Assembly: GCA_043797985.1 (NCBI GenBank)
Contig: JAZDPB010000147.1
Span: 1-39,870 of the forward strand
DNA from: Chloroflexota bacterium
GTDB taxonomy: Bacteria > Chloroflexota > Dehalococcoidia > Dehalococcoidales > UBA2162
Direction of reading: 5' to 3'
Length of the DNA stretch: 39,870 bases
Shown here: positions 26,893 to 36,453 of the stretch, piece by piece
Numbering within the stretch: position 1 is the first letter of the stretch
How the letters are laid out: each line of letters starts with the position of its first letter
The notes under the pieces: generated by a model
Seen by the model: only the letters and a program-made list of their open reading frames with translations
What the model was told of the DNA's origin: nothing
The model's database searches: none
Position numbers and translations under genes: made by a program

Positions 26893-27368
26893 TATTTAGT
26901 CCTCAACTGATTGAACTGCGCCTGGACCTTACAGGCAGGACAGAGTTCTGCCTGGGAAGAAAAAGAATGACCGACAGCCATTACCCGAGACTGTAATTTA
27001 GCTATCATTGACCTGGGACCGATAGGGCTACCACAACCCGAGCACCTGACAATCGTATCCTCAAAAAGAACCGATTGGCTATCCGTTTTCTCCAACTCCA
27101 GGACATGCTCCATGTGCAAGCACTTCTCCGGGCAGATTTCTACGCACTGGCTACATGCCACACAACGGCTTTGTCTGAAGAACAGTTGAAAGCCACCGCT
27201 CTCATCAATCGTCGAAATCGTCAGCGCACCAGTAGAGCACTCCGTAACACAAAGGCAACAACCGGTACACTTCGCAGCATCTAATTCCACCTTACCAAAA
27301 GGAGAAAGTCGCTCAAGCAATTCCCGGCGACTGAGTCCATCATTATGAGTTGCTTTGATTTCACTCAT
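26892..27368 (-). CDS. 4Fe-4S dicluster protein with extra CxxC pairs
   Basis: CTGCCLCVTEC, CVACSQCVEICP, CSGC...CPAC; SRRELL near the N-terminus without a hydrophobic h-region. Confidence 0.85.
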   Translation of the reverse strand: MSEIKATHNDGLSRRELLERLSPFGKVELDAAKCTGCCLCVTECSTGALTISTIDESGGFQLFFRQSRCVACSQCVEICPEKCLHMEHVLELEKTDSQSVLFEDTIVRCSGCGSPIGPRSMIAKLQSRVMAVGHSFSSQAELCPACKVQAQFNQLRTK

Positions 27369-27377
27369 ATTGTCATA

Positions 27378-28607
27378 CTATCCCTTACTAGCGGCAACGG
27401 AGGCTTTCTCCGTTGTTTCTTTGCCTTCTCCGGTAGTCACTTCGGTCTTTTCTTTAGCTGGTAGTAACTCCAGGTACTTCAGACCCAAGATAAAAATTAG
27501 GGATAGAAAACCAACTACCCCAATCGAGAGGACTATTTCGGCAGGAGCAAAGGCAAAAGAACCAACTGCTCCCCAAACACCCTCTATTTTCCCAGGATAA
27601 AATTGCAGAGGATAAGCTGCCCCAGGAATCACCAGATAAAATCTCTTTACAAAGATACCAATCACTATTAAAGCGGAAGCAATGACAACACCGCGGACAC
27701 TATTCTTCGCTTTGGGATGAAACAATATTATGAGAGGCACGATTACCCCCATGCCAATTAGAAAAACCCAGAAAAGCCAACTGAAAGGACCTGTAAGCAT
27801 AAACATTGCTGCCTCACGAGCCGGAGAATAGACACTGGTCAATTCACCAATTACCATTAACAGGAGCATACCAAGAAGAAGGCCCTTTACCAAGCTTCCT
27901 AAGGAGGCAATCAGGTCTTTACTGAGTTCACGTCCCGTGACCTTATAGATAAGAACCAGAACGAGTATCAACAGTGCAAGAGACGAGGTGAGCGCAGCAA
28001 AAATAAATTCGAAAGGACTCAACGGCGAGTACCATGGCTCGCGGGCAGCAATAAAGCCAAATATTGCTCCCGTGCCACCATGTGTAAGCATTGCCCAACC
28101 AAACGCTACCATTCCCATTATCATGCTAAACTTTTTCATATTGCGAAGCAGGGATATCAGATATATGAGGGCACTGATAAAGTAGGATGTGTAGAAGATT
28201 GCATTGATGGCAAACATCGACGCCATATTATTCATAAAGAACAACATAAAAAGCCGCCAGAATTTCTCTGGCCTGCCCAAATCTAAGGCGATAAATAGCA
28301 TAGCCCCGAAAATGAGCACTATCGCCATAAAAACTGCTGCCCTGATTACCTCACGGTATCTCTCTTGGTGTGCTATGTAGATAAGAAAAGCAAGAACATG
28401 AAGCCCGGCGCTGAGTCCTATCAGGTATATGGCCATGACGATAGGCATACCCCAGGGAATAACATTATTGCTACCAAACATCTGGTGGCCTTCGATGTAG
28501 CTGATAACAAAGGCAATCATTCCGCTGAGCGCCAGCACCCCCAGGACCACTACCACAGTTCGGTAGCCCCTAGACTTCCCCTCAAGAGTGACAAAATTCG
28601 AACTCAC
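27378..28607 (-). CDS. NrfD/PsrC-family membrane anchor subunit
   Basis: PWGMPI..AIYLIGLSAG, DLGRPEKFW, GTGAIFG, KRFYLVIPG; ~10 TM helices. Start moved to GTG 28607 (AAGGAG RBS, no overlap with upstream gene). Confidence 0.9.
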   Translation of the reverse strand: MSSNFVTLEGKSRGYRTVVVVLGVLALSGMIAFVISYIEGHQMFGSNNVIPWGMPIVMAIYLIGLSAGLHVLAFLIYIAHQERYREVIRAAVFMAIVLIFGAMLFIALDLGRPEKFWRLFMLFFMNNMASMFAINAIFYTSYFISALIYLISLLRNMKKFSMIMGMVAFGWAMLTHGGTGAIFGFIAAREPWYSPLSPFEFIFAALTSSLALLILVLVLIYKVTGRELSKDLIASLGSLVKGLLLGMLLLMVIGELTSVYSPAREAAMFMLTGPFSWLFWVFLIGMGVIVPLIILFHPKAKNSVRGVVIASALIVIGIFVKRFYLVIPGAAYPLQFYPGKIEGVWGAVGSFAFAPAEIVLSIGVVGFLSLIFILGLKYLELLPAKEKTEVTTGEGKETTEKASVAASKG

Positions 28608-28615
28608 TTCGCTCC

Positions 28616-29302
28616 TTACTTTGGCAAATAAAATACCTTCGGGCTGGTACCCTTCTCTTCCTGGAGTCTTAACCACTGCCGGGATGCTAGCAAATATGAT
28701 ACAGAGCTATCAGGGTCATCTAAATCTCCAAAGCTTATAGCACGTGCCGGGCAGGCTTCAGCACATGCGGGCACTACCTCTTCACCCACCTTCTTACCCT
28801 CTCTCATCGCCTGGTCTATACGGTGGAAGCAGAACGTGCACTTCTCGACTACGCCATGAACCCGATGAGGGAAGGGCCAAATGGTCATATCAGCACGCTG
28901 GAAAGGAAGGTCAGGACGGTCGTACTCATTTTCCTCCGGTTCCTTATAGTTAAAATTCCTGACACCATAGGGGCAGGCAACAATACAGTACTTGCAACCG
29001 ATGCAACGCCTGAAGTTCTGTATCACAATCCCGTCCTCGCGGCGATAGGTTGCCCTGGCCGGGCATACCGTTACACACGGAGCGTTATCGCAGTGCATGC
29101 ATGGCATCGGTATCAGGTCAATCCTCAATGTCGGGTATTCCCCATGACTAACTGCAATTACCTTATGCCAGAAAGGAGTCAATCTCCTTTTGTGTTCCTC
29201 CGGCGACCCATGGGGTACATTGTTTTCAGTCTTACAGGCTATAGAACAAGACTGACAGCCAGTACATTTGTCCAGGTCAATAACCATTCCCCATCTTGCC
29301 AT
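28616..29302 (-). CDS. 4x[4Fe-4S] subunit of a complex iron-sulfur molybdoenzyme (NrfC/PsrB/ArrB type)
   Basis: RWGMVIDLDKCTGCQSCSIAC, PCMHCDNAPCVTVCP, CIGCKYCIVACP, KCTFC, PACAEACP, FGDLDDP. Confidence 0.93.
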   Translation of the reverse strand: MARWGMVIDLDKCTGCQSCSIACKTENNVPHGSPEEHKRRLTPFWHKVIAVSHGEYPTLRIDLIPMPCMHCDNAPCVTVCPARATYRREDGIVIQNFRRCIGCKYCIVACPYGVRNFNYKEPEENEYDRPDLPFQRADMTIWPFPHRVHGVVEKCTFCFHRIDQAMREGKKVGEEVVPACAEACPARAISFGDLDDPDSSVSYLLASRQWLRLQEEKGTSPKVFYLPK

Positions 29303-29315
29303 TGCTTACCTTACC

Positions 29316-31676
29316 TCACGCCTTGTAGACCCTGACCCTCGTGTTGAAGCAAGCTGACTGTCCACTCAGGCGGTCATAGTCTACGCCGATAATTTCATTA
29401 GGATTGACGCCAATGCCCCTTGCCCATTTACCATAGGCATAGTGGCCCTGGCCCCTGGCTATGCTCACCACTTGGGGGTGAATGCCCTCAAAGACCCTGG
29501 CCCGTACCTTGATTTTGCCGAACGGAGATTCTATCCAAACCGTATCACCGTCGTTAATTCCTAGAGTGCGGGCTGTCTTGCTATTTATTTCAACGAAATT
29601 GGTCCAACCCCGGCCATGCATCACCAGGAATATCTCCTGAGCCCAGGGATAGTTCTGGCTCCCATTATCAATATTCAATAATGGCTGGTAGGTTGATAAC
29701 ATTAGGGGATAACTGTTACTGTCACCCAAAAATTCGACTTTCTCATAGTGCGGCAGGTATGTCAGCTTATCAATTGTCTGCCCTGTCTTTTTAAGCAGGG
29801 CTTCAAGATTGCCCGAACGGAATTCAAATTTCCTTGACGGCGTATTGAATACGCGGTCATATTTATAATATTTATAAGGTGACCCCACCCAGACACCTTG
29901 CGCAAGGAACTCCTCCCATGGTATAAGTACCTCCGTGCGGTATCTGACAAACCCCTGAGTATTATCACCAATGCCAGCAAAGGATTGCTCAACCGTACCC
30001 CCCACCCGTTTTGCCAATTCAAAAATGATGTCGACGCTACTCTTAGTGTTGTACAAGGGTTCTACCACCGGCTGCTTTATCCTTATCTCGGCGAAGCCCG
30101 AACCTGGTGGCGAGTGGTCGTAAGCCCATTCTTCCATAAATGTATTTGCTGGTAGTAGAATGTCGGCATACTCCGCCATTTCACTGACAAAGGGAGCAAC
30201 ATGGACATAATAGGGCACCTTCTGAAGCGCTTCATCCCAGCGCCATGCTCCCGGAGCAGACATATTGCAGTTACTGTTAAAACCTATAGCCATCCCGACC
30301 GGGTATGGCTTATTTTCTAATATAGAATCTGCTACCTGATTGGTGACTACTTCCGCAGCCGGGAACTGGTTTGTTTTCCGCAAATCTAACGTAGGTTTAG
30401 CCTTGCCTTCTTTGGCTATAGCATCTTCAACTGTTTCAGGTATAACTCGATATGCCGGACTCTCTTGATAAATTACCCCTCCCGGAACATCTATACTGCC
30501 GACGAGGGCGTTAAGACAGAATATGGCGTAGCTGCTGTAAGAGCCATTAGGCCAACTGGTGGCACCCCGCCCCCTCCAGGCTATCGCCGGTTTTGCCGTG
30601 GCGAATTCTCTGGCTATTTGTCGAATCATTTCGGAGGGAATACCCGTTGTGACCGCTACCTGTTCCGGACTGTAATAATTAAGTACCAGGTCTTTATAAT
30701 CATCGAAGCCCGCTGCCCAATTCTTGATGAAATCAACATCGTAAAGAGCTTCGCTTATTATTACATTAGCTATTGCCATAGCCAGAGCACCATCAGTACC
30801 GGGATTGATAGGTAGCCACTGGTCAGCCCTGAGGGCGGTAACCGAATAGCGTGGGTCGATAACTACCACCTTCGCCCGGTTAGGTCTTTCCCGGCGAATC
30901 TTACCCCACATCCTTAAACTTCTGGCTAGCGGCGTATATGATTCCAGAATACTTGCACCGAAGGACAGAATATAATTGGTTCTGGGAAGGTCGTAGGCAC
31001 TCTGGGTATAGTTGCCGTCTGCCATCCACTCGCCAGCTTTATCGGCTTCATTATTAAATCCGCCTGCGCTAACGATATTGGGTGTGCCGTAAGCATCGGC
31101 AAAGCGATAAATTATGTCCTCAGCACTGACACTGTTTAAACCACTAAGTAGCAATAACTGGTGAGGTCGCCCCTCTCCCCGGAGCACTTTTAGATGCTTA
31201 CTCACCTCGTCCAGAGCTTGTATCCAGGATATAGGAGCCCATCCGGGGTCTATCCCTCGGCCTTTCGCCGGATTAGTTCGCTTTAAGGGAGTAGCTAGTC
31301 GGTCCGGGTCATACAATACTTGAAGACCAACATGAGCACGGGCACAGTTTTCTCCCTCGGATACTTGGGATAAGGAGTTACCGGCTATCTTTACCGCTCT
31401 ACCATTGACCACTCTTACTCTGGTAGCACAACGGGTAGCACAGTTCAGACAAGACGTTGGGAGCCACTTTTCAGTGATGACACCTTCGTCAGGCAGTTTA
31501 GGAGAGGAAATGATAGAACCCAACACGGAGTGATTAAAAAAACGGCTGGCGGCAACCGCTACGCCGGCAAGTCCCGATAATTTGAGAAAGGTCCTCCGGC
31601 TTATGCCAAAGCGACCTCGGATTTCTGTCTTCGTAGCGTTCGACTCCTGTCTCCCTGTTGATGAATCAGTTACCAT
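29316..31676 (-). CDS. Tat-exported molybdopterin oxidoreductase-family large subunit (ArrA/ArxA/PsrA-like scaffold)
   Basis: SRRTFLK Tat motif; FS0 CLNCATRC...C; YDPDRL..PLKRTNP.KGRG.DP...PISW; VIDPR, PGTDGALA, EYADILLP, VEINS. Confidence 0.92.
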   Translation of the reverse strand: MVTDSSTGRQESNATKTEIRGRFGISRRTFLKLSGLAGVAVAASRFFNHSVLGSIISSPKLPDEGVITEKWLPTSCLNCATRCATRVRVVNGRAVKIAGNSLSQVSEGENCARAHVGLQVLYDPDRLATPLKRTNPAKGRGIDPGWAPISWIQALDEVSKHLKVLRGEGRPHQLLLLSGLNSVSAEDIIYRFADAYGTPNIVSAGGFNNEADKAGEWMADGNYTQSAYDLPRTNYILSFGASILESYTPLARSLRMWGKIRRERPNRAKVVVIDPRYSVTALRADQWLPINPGTDGALAMAIANVIISEALYDVDFIKNWAAGFDDYKDLVLNYYSPEQVAVTTGIPSEMIRQIAREFATAKPAIAWRGRGATSWPNGSYSSYAIFCLNALVGSIDVPGGVIYQESPAYRVIPETVEDAIAKEGKAKPTLDLRKTNQFPAAEVVTNQVADSILENKPYPVGMAIGFNSNCNMSAPGAWRWDEALQKVPYYVHVAPFVSEMAEYADILLPANTFMEEWAYDHSPPGSGFAEIRIKQPVVEPLYNTKSSVDIIFELAKRVGGTVEQSFAGIGDNTQGFVRYRTEVLIPWEEFLAQGVWVGSPYKYYKYDRVFNTPSRKFEFRSGNLEALLKKTGQTIDKLTYLPHYEKVEFLGDSNSYPLMLSTYQPLLNIDNGSQNYPWAQEIFLVMHGRGWTNFVEINSKTARTLGINDGDTVWIESPFGKIKVRARVFEGIHPQVVSIARGQGHYAYGKWARGIGVNPNEIIGVDYDRLSGQSACFNTRVRVYKA

Positions 31677-31718
31677 CAGCAGGTTAGTAGTTATTAGCTA
31701 ATTGCGCACGTTCATTGT

Positions 31719-32678
31719 CTATGCCGTGTTTTTCTTAATTTTCTCCGTGAGCTTGGGTACCACCTGATAAAGGTCGGCAACTATCCCATAATCAGCTATC
31801 TTGAATATAGGAGCATTTTTATCTTTATTGACGGCGGCGATAATCTTGGAGTTGCGAATTCCCACCGTATGTTGAATTTGCCCCGAAATCCCGATAGAAA
31901 TACACAGACGCGGTTTACACTTCTTGCCTGAGAGCCCAACCTCTCTCTCTTCAGAAAACCACTGCCAATCATGTGCCAACGGCCGGGTACAGCCAATGCT
32001 GGCTTTCAAGACCTGGGACAGTTCTTCAATTAGCGCCAGGTCTTTCTTCTCGCTTATACCTCTTCCCACACAGATTAGAGTTTCGGCTTCCTCTATCTGT
32101 GCTGAATCGGATTTCTTTTCTTGCTTTTCCACAATCTTGGTACGCGGCTCCCGCACTTTAAGGTCAACATGAACAATTTCACCCTGCCTTGATTCCTTTT
32201 CACCCGGCTCAAAGGCTTTAGGCATTACTGAAATTACTTTCTTGGCAGTCCCAATGGATTGTGTTAATACCGTATTCCCTCCCAGAGCATACCTATCTGT
32301 TACCAGTTCCTCGTTTTGCAGCCTGATATCAATTGCATCGGTAATACATCCAGCACCCAGCTTTTGTGCCACTCTGGGTGCTAACTCTTTGCCTCTTTTA
32401 GTGGAACCGATTAGAAGAAGGTCGGCTCCATAATTATTAGCTATTTGACAGATGGCTTCAGTATAAACATCGGCATGAAAATCTTCCATCGAAGCTAAAT
32501 TGTTCCAATATACTATGTCGGCGCCGTAGGCAAAATAATCGTCTATCTTTGCCTCAGCATTCTTCCCCAGCTTTACGGCCGCCAAATTAACTTTCAAACT
32601 ATCTTTCAGCTCTTTACCTTTGGACAGGAGCTCGAAGGCAATTTCGTCTCGCTCGCAAAACACCAAAATCTCGGACAT
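31719..32678 (-). CDS. fixB: Electron transfer flavoprotein alpha subunit (FixB/YdiR-like)
   Basis: VGRG, CTRP, VGLSG, GISGQIQH, NKDKNAPIF..ADYGIVADL. Confidence 0.92.
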   Translation of the reverse strand: MSEILVFCERDEIAFELLSKGKELKDSLKVNLAAVKLGKNAEAKIDDYFAYGADIVYWNNLASMEDFHADVYTEAICQIANNYGADLLLIGSTKRGKELAPRVAQKLGAGCITDAIDIRLQNEELVTDRYALGGNTVLTQSIGTAKKVISVMPKAFEPGEKESRQGEIVHVDLKVREPRTKIVEKQEKKSDSAQIEEAETLICVGRGISEKKDLALIEELSQVLKASIGCTRPLAHDWQWFSEEREVGLSGKKCKPRLCISIGISGQIQHTVGIRNSKIIAAVNKDKNAPIFKIADYGIVADLYQVVPKLTEKIKKNTA

Positions 32679-32680
32679 AA

Positions 32681-33463
32681 TCAGCCCCCTAATACTCCTT
32701 CCTTTAAGAGTGAGTTAACCAGACTATCTATATTCTGGTCGGAGTCTCCTTCGAGGATGACCAGCTTCCTCTGCTCCACTGGTGCCAAATTACTTAGCAT
32801 TTTGATTTGTTGTCCCCCCACCTCATCAGCCGTGACACCAATGTTCGAGCTTTTCCACTCCTGCAGCGGCTTCCTTGAAGCGCGTAAAATCTGAGTCAGA
32901 GATGGTATCCGAGGCTCGTTTATGCCGCTGGTGATGGTAATTACAGCCGGCAGTTGGGCTTCAACTACCTCAAAACATTCCTCTACGCTTCTCACTGCTT
33001 TTACTTTGTTGTCAGCAAACTCTATTTGCTTAACATAGGTTATTACTGGTAAATCAAGAAGTTCAGCCAGTCTCGGTCCTGTCTGTCCCGAGTAACTATC
33101 GGCTGAGCCTTCTCCCAGGAGTATGAGGTCATATTTACCGATTTTCTGTATTGCCTTCATCAAAACCTGGGCTTTCCCCATAGAATCGAGATTATCAAAT
33201 AAGGGGTCGATAAGAATGACAGCCTCATCGGCACCTACAGCGAGAGCATCTTTTATGGTGTCTCTGAGTTTTGGTGAGCCTAAGGATAGGGCAATTACCT
33301 TTCCGCCTGACTTTTCCTTGATTTTGACAGCTTCTTCCAGGGCATTTCTATCCATGTCACCAAATAAGAAGGGCAATCCCTCCGTTACCGGCTCTCTGGT
33401 ATCTTTCTTAATCCTGACCTGTTGCAGGTCGACTACCTGCTTCAAACATACGATTATGTCCAT
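32681..33463 (-). CDS. fixA: Electron transfer flavoprotein beta subunit (FixA/YdiQ-like)
   Basis: IIVCLKQV, DRNALEEA, ALAVGAD, GEGSADSYSGQTG, NEPRIPS. Confidence 0.92.
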   Translation of the reverse strand: MDIIVCLKQVVDLQQVRIKKDTREPVTEGLPFLFGDMDRNALEEAVKIKEKSGGKVIALSLGSPKLRDTIKDALAVGADEAVILIDPLFDNLDSMGKAQVLMKAIQKIGKYDLILLGEGSADSYSGQTGPRLAELLDLPVITYVKQIEFADNKVKAVRSVEECFEVVEAQLPAVITITSGINEPRIPSLTQILRASRKPLQEWKSSNIGVTADEVGGQQIKMLSNLAPVEQRKLVILEGDSDQNIDSLVNSLLKEGVLGG

Positions 33464-33475
33464 TTAGTTGTCCTT

Positions 33476-33757
33476 TCAGCCGAATTTTAGCTGTATACCA
33501 AACCCTCCGCGAGGATAATTCCAAATCAAAGCATTCCGCTGACAGGCAATTTTACAGGTGCCACACTCCAGACAGCCATCAAGGTCCAGCTCGATTACGC
33601 CCTCCTTATTCAAAGTATAAACCTGTGCCGGACATACATAAAGACAATATCGTTCACGGCAGTCCTGACATATCTCCTGGTTGACAGTAATATGCTTAAC
33701 GGTATCAACCTTGATAGTATCCGTGCCTAACTTAGCTTTTACATTTGTCTTCGTCAT
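33476..33757 (-). CDS. fixX: FixX ferredoxin-like protein
   Basis: HI...CQDC...CLYVCPA.VY...GCLECGTC..AC...W.YPRGGFG; start ATG 33757 overlaps the fixC stop (ATGA). Confidence 0.9.
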   Translation of the reverse strand: MTKTNVKAKLGTDTIKVDTVKHITVNQEICQDCRERYCLYVCPAQVYTLNKEGVIELDLDGCLECGTCKIACQRNALIWNYPRGGFGIQLKFG

Positions 33758-35037
33758 ATCTTGAAAGCTCCCCAGATATCTTTGAGTAACGAGGGACAAA
33801 GTCGCCTGACTTGTCCAAACACTGTGCTCGATAATTTTTTCTTCGGCTCATCCCCGATAAACATGAGCTTCTCCATAGTATCACCGAAAAACTGAGGATA
33901 TAATGTGAATAGATTACGGTTGTTAAGGAAGCGCGGCGCCCCCTTGAAGGTATTTAAATCCTTCATTATGAAGCTATCCCTCAGTAAAAGTTCATAATAC
34001 GAGAGGGATTGTTTGGAAAAATCCTTCTTCTCCACAGCTCTCTTTATGGCCTTAGCTGCCAAAACACCGGAAGCTAAGGCAAATTCCATACCCCTCACTG
34101 TAAGGCCGGTATTGAGTGTGAAGCCAGCAGCATCCCCAGCCACGAGAATGCCATCCGAATACAGGCGAGGCATAGTGTTAATCCCGCCCTCAGAAATAGT
34201 ATGGGCAGAGTACTCGACTGTCTCTCCACCTTTGATTAGGCTGGCTACCTCGGGACGCTCCTTAAATTCATCTATGAGTTGAGGTGCTTCAATGGTGGGC
34301 TGTCTCTCCATTAAGTCTTTTATTCCTACTACTATCCCCAGGGAGATACTTCCCAGATTAGTATATAAAAATCCACCCCCGAACATCCCTCTGGTTAGCG
34401 AACCAACGTAGAGTTGGGCGGCACCCTCACCATTTTCCAGATTGAAGCGCTCTTCTATCGTCTGGGATGGCATTTCGATGATTTCCTTGATGCCGACAGC
34501 AAAATCTTTTGGCTGGTGGTTCCCCCTCAGTCCTGCCTTCTGGGTAATCAAGGAGATAGCCCCATCGGCAACGAGCACTACATTGGCATAGATTTTATCC
34601 TCTCCAGCAACTATCCCCTGGACTTTCCCGCTTTCCTGGATTAAATCATCCACCTTTTGTTTCGTGACTACCATGCCACCAGCCTCAGCTACCTTTTCCG
34701 AAAACCACTTGTCGAACTTAGCTCTGAGGATAGTAAAGCTATGATAGGGCTTCTCTCTGAACCTTTCACTGGATAACCGAATAGAGGTAGAAGATTTTTC
34801 ACCCATAAGGGTTATTATCTCCTGACACACATATCTTTCCAGCGGGGCTTCGTCCCAGATATCAGGCAAGAGATGCCTTACGGGATTGAGGTAGAGCCTG
34901 CCTCCGGTAACATTCTTAGCCCCGGAGTAATCTCCTCTTTCTACTACCAGAACCTCAATCCCATCTTTCGCTAAGCAATAAGCAGCCGCCAAGCCCGCCA
35001 GACCACCACCAACTACGATAACTTCAAACTTCTCCAT
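33754..35037 (-). CDS. fixC: FixC flavoprotein (ETF:quinone oxidoreductase-like)
   Basis: VVGGGLAG, ERG.YSGAKNVTGG, APLER, GGGFLYTN, EYSAH.I.EGG, AGDAAG, RGM. Confidence 0.93.
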   Translation of the reverse strand: MEKFEVIVVGGGLAGLAAAYCLAKDGIEVLVVERGDYSGAKNVTGGRLYLNPVRHLLPDIWDEAPLERYVCQEIITLMGEKSSTSIRLSSERFREKPYHSFTILRAKFDKWFSEKVAEAGGMVVTKQKVDDLIQESGKVQGIVAGEDKIYANVVLVADGAISLITQKAGLRGNHQPKDFAVGIKEIIEMPSQTIEERFNLENGEGAAQLYVGSLTRGMFGGGFLYTNLGSISLGIVVGIKDLMERQPTIEAPQLIDEFKERPEVASLIKGGETVEYSAHTISEGGINTMPRLYSDGILVAGDAAGFTLNTGLTVRGMEFALASGVLAAKAIKRAVEKKDFSKQSLSYYELLLRDSFIMKDLNTFKGAPRFLNNRNLFTLYPQFFGDTMEKLMFIGDEPKKKLSSTVFGQVRRLCPSLLKDIWGAFKI

Positions 35038-35073
35038 TCTTTCCCTTATTGACTCTGGTGGTTCAGGGCAGCC

Positions 35074-36294
35074 TTATGTTGTTATAAAGTCACTGCCAAA
35101 AGCATCTCTGCCGATGATAATTTTCATTATATTGGCAGCACCCTCGGCTCCAGCGACATAGGACATGACTCCTCTCATAGCCATCTCTAGAGGCGAATCC
35201 TTGGTATAGCCAAAAGCGCCCAGTACCATGATGGCATGCTTGGCAACATCCACTGCCAGGAGCGGTGCCAGCCATTTGCATTGAGCGATTACGATGTTTA
35301 TATCTTTCTGCGTGAAGCTACCAGGTTCAGAGTAATACTTGTCTATCATCCAGCATCCCTTCTGAAGCAGAAGTTTCAACATTTCCAGCCTGGTATAGTC
35401 TTCAGCCAATTCAAACGTTATTCCCTGGAACCTGCTTAAAGTCCGACCAAACGCTGTCCTTTGCTTGGCATAATCGAGAGCTATTTCCAAACACTTCTCG
35501 GAAGCTCCTAAGCAGGCAGAAGATACTACAGCCCTAGCTACGTTAAAGCCCTCCATACAGTGGTAAAAGCCCCTTCCTTCTTCACCTAACACATACTTCT
35601 CCAAAACTTCCGTGTTCTTGTAGGTGAATCCACCCGTGGAAAGACCCATACGCCCCATGTCCTTATAGGTGGTACTACTCATACCATTAACCTTACTGGG
35701 CATGATTGCCAGCAAAGTCATCCCACCTCGGAGACCCTTGGCTGGGTCGGTGACAATAAGGGTACAATGGCCACCTCCCCTTACCTGAGACTCAGTCACC
35801 TGACTGATATAGGCTTTCTCGCCATTTAATATATATTTACCATTCTTCTTGGTAGCCGTAGTCTTAATAGCCGCTACGTCAGAGCCACCGCCTGGTTCGG
35901 TGACGGCGATGCCCCAGCACCATTCGCCAGAAGCTAACTTGGGTAAAATCTCTCTCTTTACTTCCTCTTTAGCGTAGAGTCTCAGGAACTGTCCGCCCCA
36001 ACCAACAGTCAGTAAGGTATACACTGGAAGTGACATACTTAACTCTGCCCGGGCCAACTCATGGACTACAACGTTAGCGTATTGCATTTCCTCACCTGGC
36101 ATAGCTGAACCGCCATACTCTTCGGGAACAACACACCCGAAGACTCCTATCTCAGCGAGTCCCTTCAACATTTCATCGGGAATGCCTGCTTCCTTTTCAT
36201 CTATTTCTCTTGCCCTCGGTTCAACATTCTTCTGGCAATACTCTCTCACCGCTCTTTTGAAAAGTTCTTGCTCATGGGACATTCTAAATTCCAA
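35074..36294 (-). CDS. Acyl-CoA dehydrogenase family protein
   Basis: VPEEYGG, VTEPGGGSD, LNGEK.YIS, LGEEGRGF, R.AFGR.L..FQ, LGAFGY, GAEG (catalytic Glu position). Start uncertain (TTG 36294 or ATG 36282). Confidence 0.93.
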   Translation of the reverse strand: MEFRMSHEQELFKRAVREYCQKNVEPRAREIDEKEAGIPDEMLKGLAEIGVFGCVVPEEYGGSAMPGEEMQYANVVVHELARAELSMSLPVYTLLTVGWGGQFLRLYAKEEVKREILPKLASGEWCWGIAVTEPGGGSDVAAIKTTATKKNGKYILNGEKAYISQVTESQVRGGGHCTLIVTDPAKGLRGGMTLLAIMPSKVNGMSSTTYKDMGRMGLSTGGFTYKNTEVLEKYVLGEEGRGFYHCMEGFNVARAVVSSACLGASEKCLEIALDYAKQRTAFGRTLSRFQGITFELAEDYTRLEMLKLLLQKGCWMIDKYYSEPGSFTQKDINIVIAQCKWLAPLLAVDVAKHAIMVLGAFGYTKDSPLEMAMRGVMSYVAGAEGAANIMKIIIGRDAFGSDFITT

Positions 36295-36453
36295 ATCTAC
36301 GATACCTCCTCAATTATTTTATCTTATGGATTTATAATCAAAGACTAACTATAAAATAGTACGTAAAACTACTACATTCTCAAATCACCCAAACTCAAGT
36401 TTGTACCACTTTCAGTTTGCTGTCAACACCTCCTTCCACCTGGTATATCAGTA

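Noticed and set aside
31045-31060. TGA near the expected Mo-ligand position (possible selenocysteine)
   Set aside because: The TGA is out of frame (AAT GAA) and the ORF is continuous, so no Sec is encoded.
29316-31676. Calling the gene arrA, arxA or psrA
   Set aside because: The scaffold is similar but the diagnostic active-site residues appear absent, so a substrate cannot be assigned.
36340-36430. Short palindrome ACTAT-aaa-ATAGT and TTGACA/TTGAGA hexamers upstream of the ACAD operon
   Set aside because: A promoter and operator are plausible here, but spacings are suboptimal and the palindrome is too short in AT-rich DNA to call.
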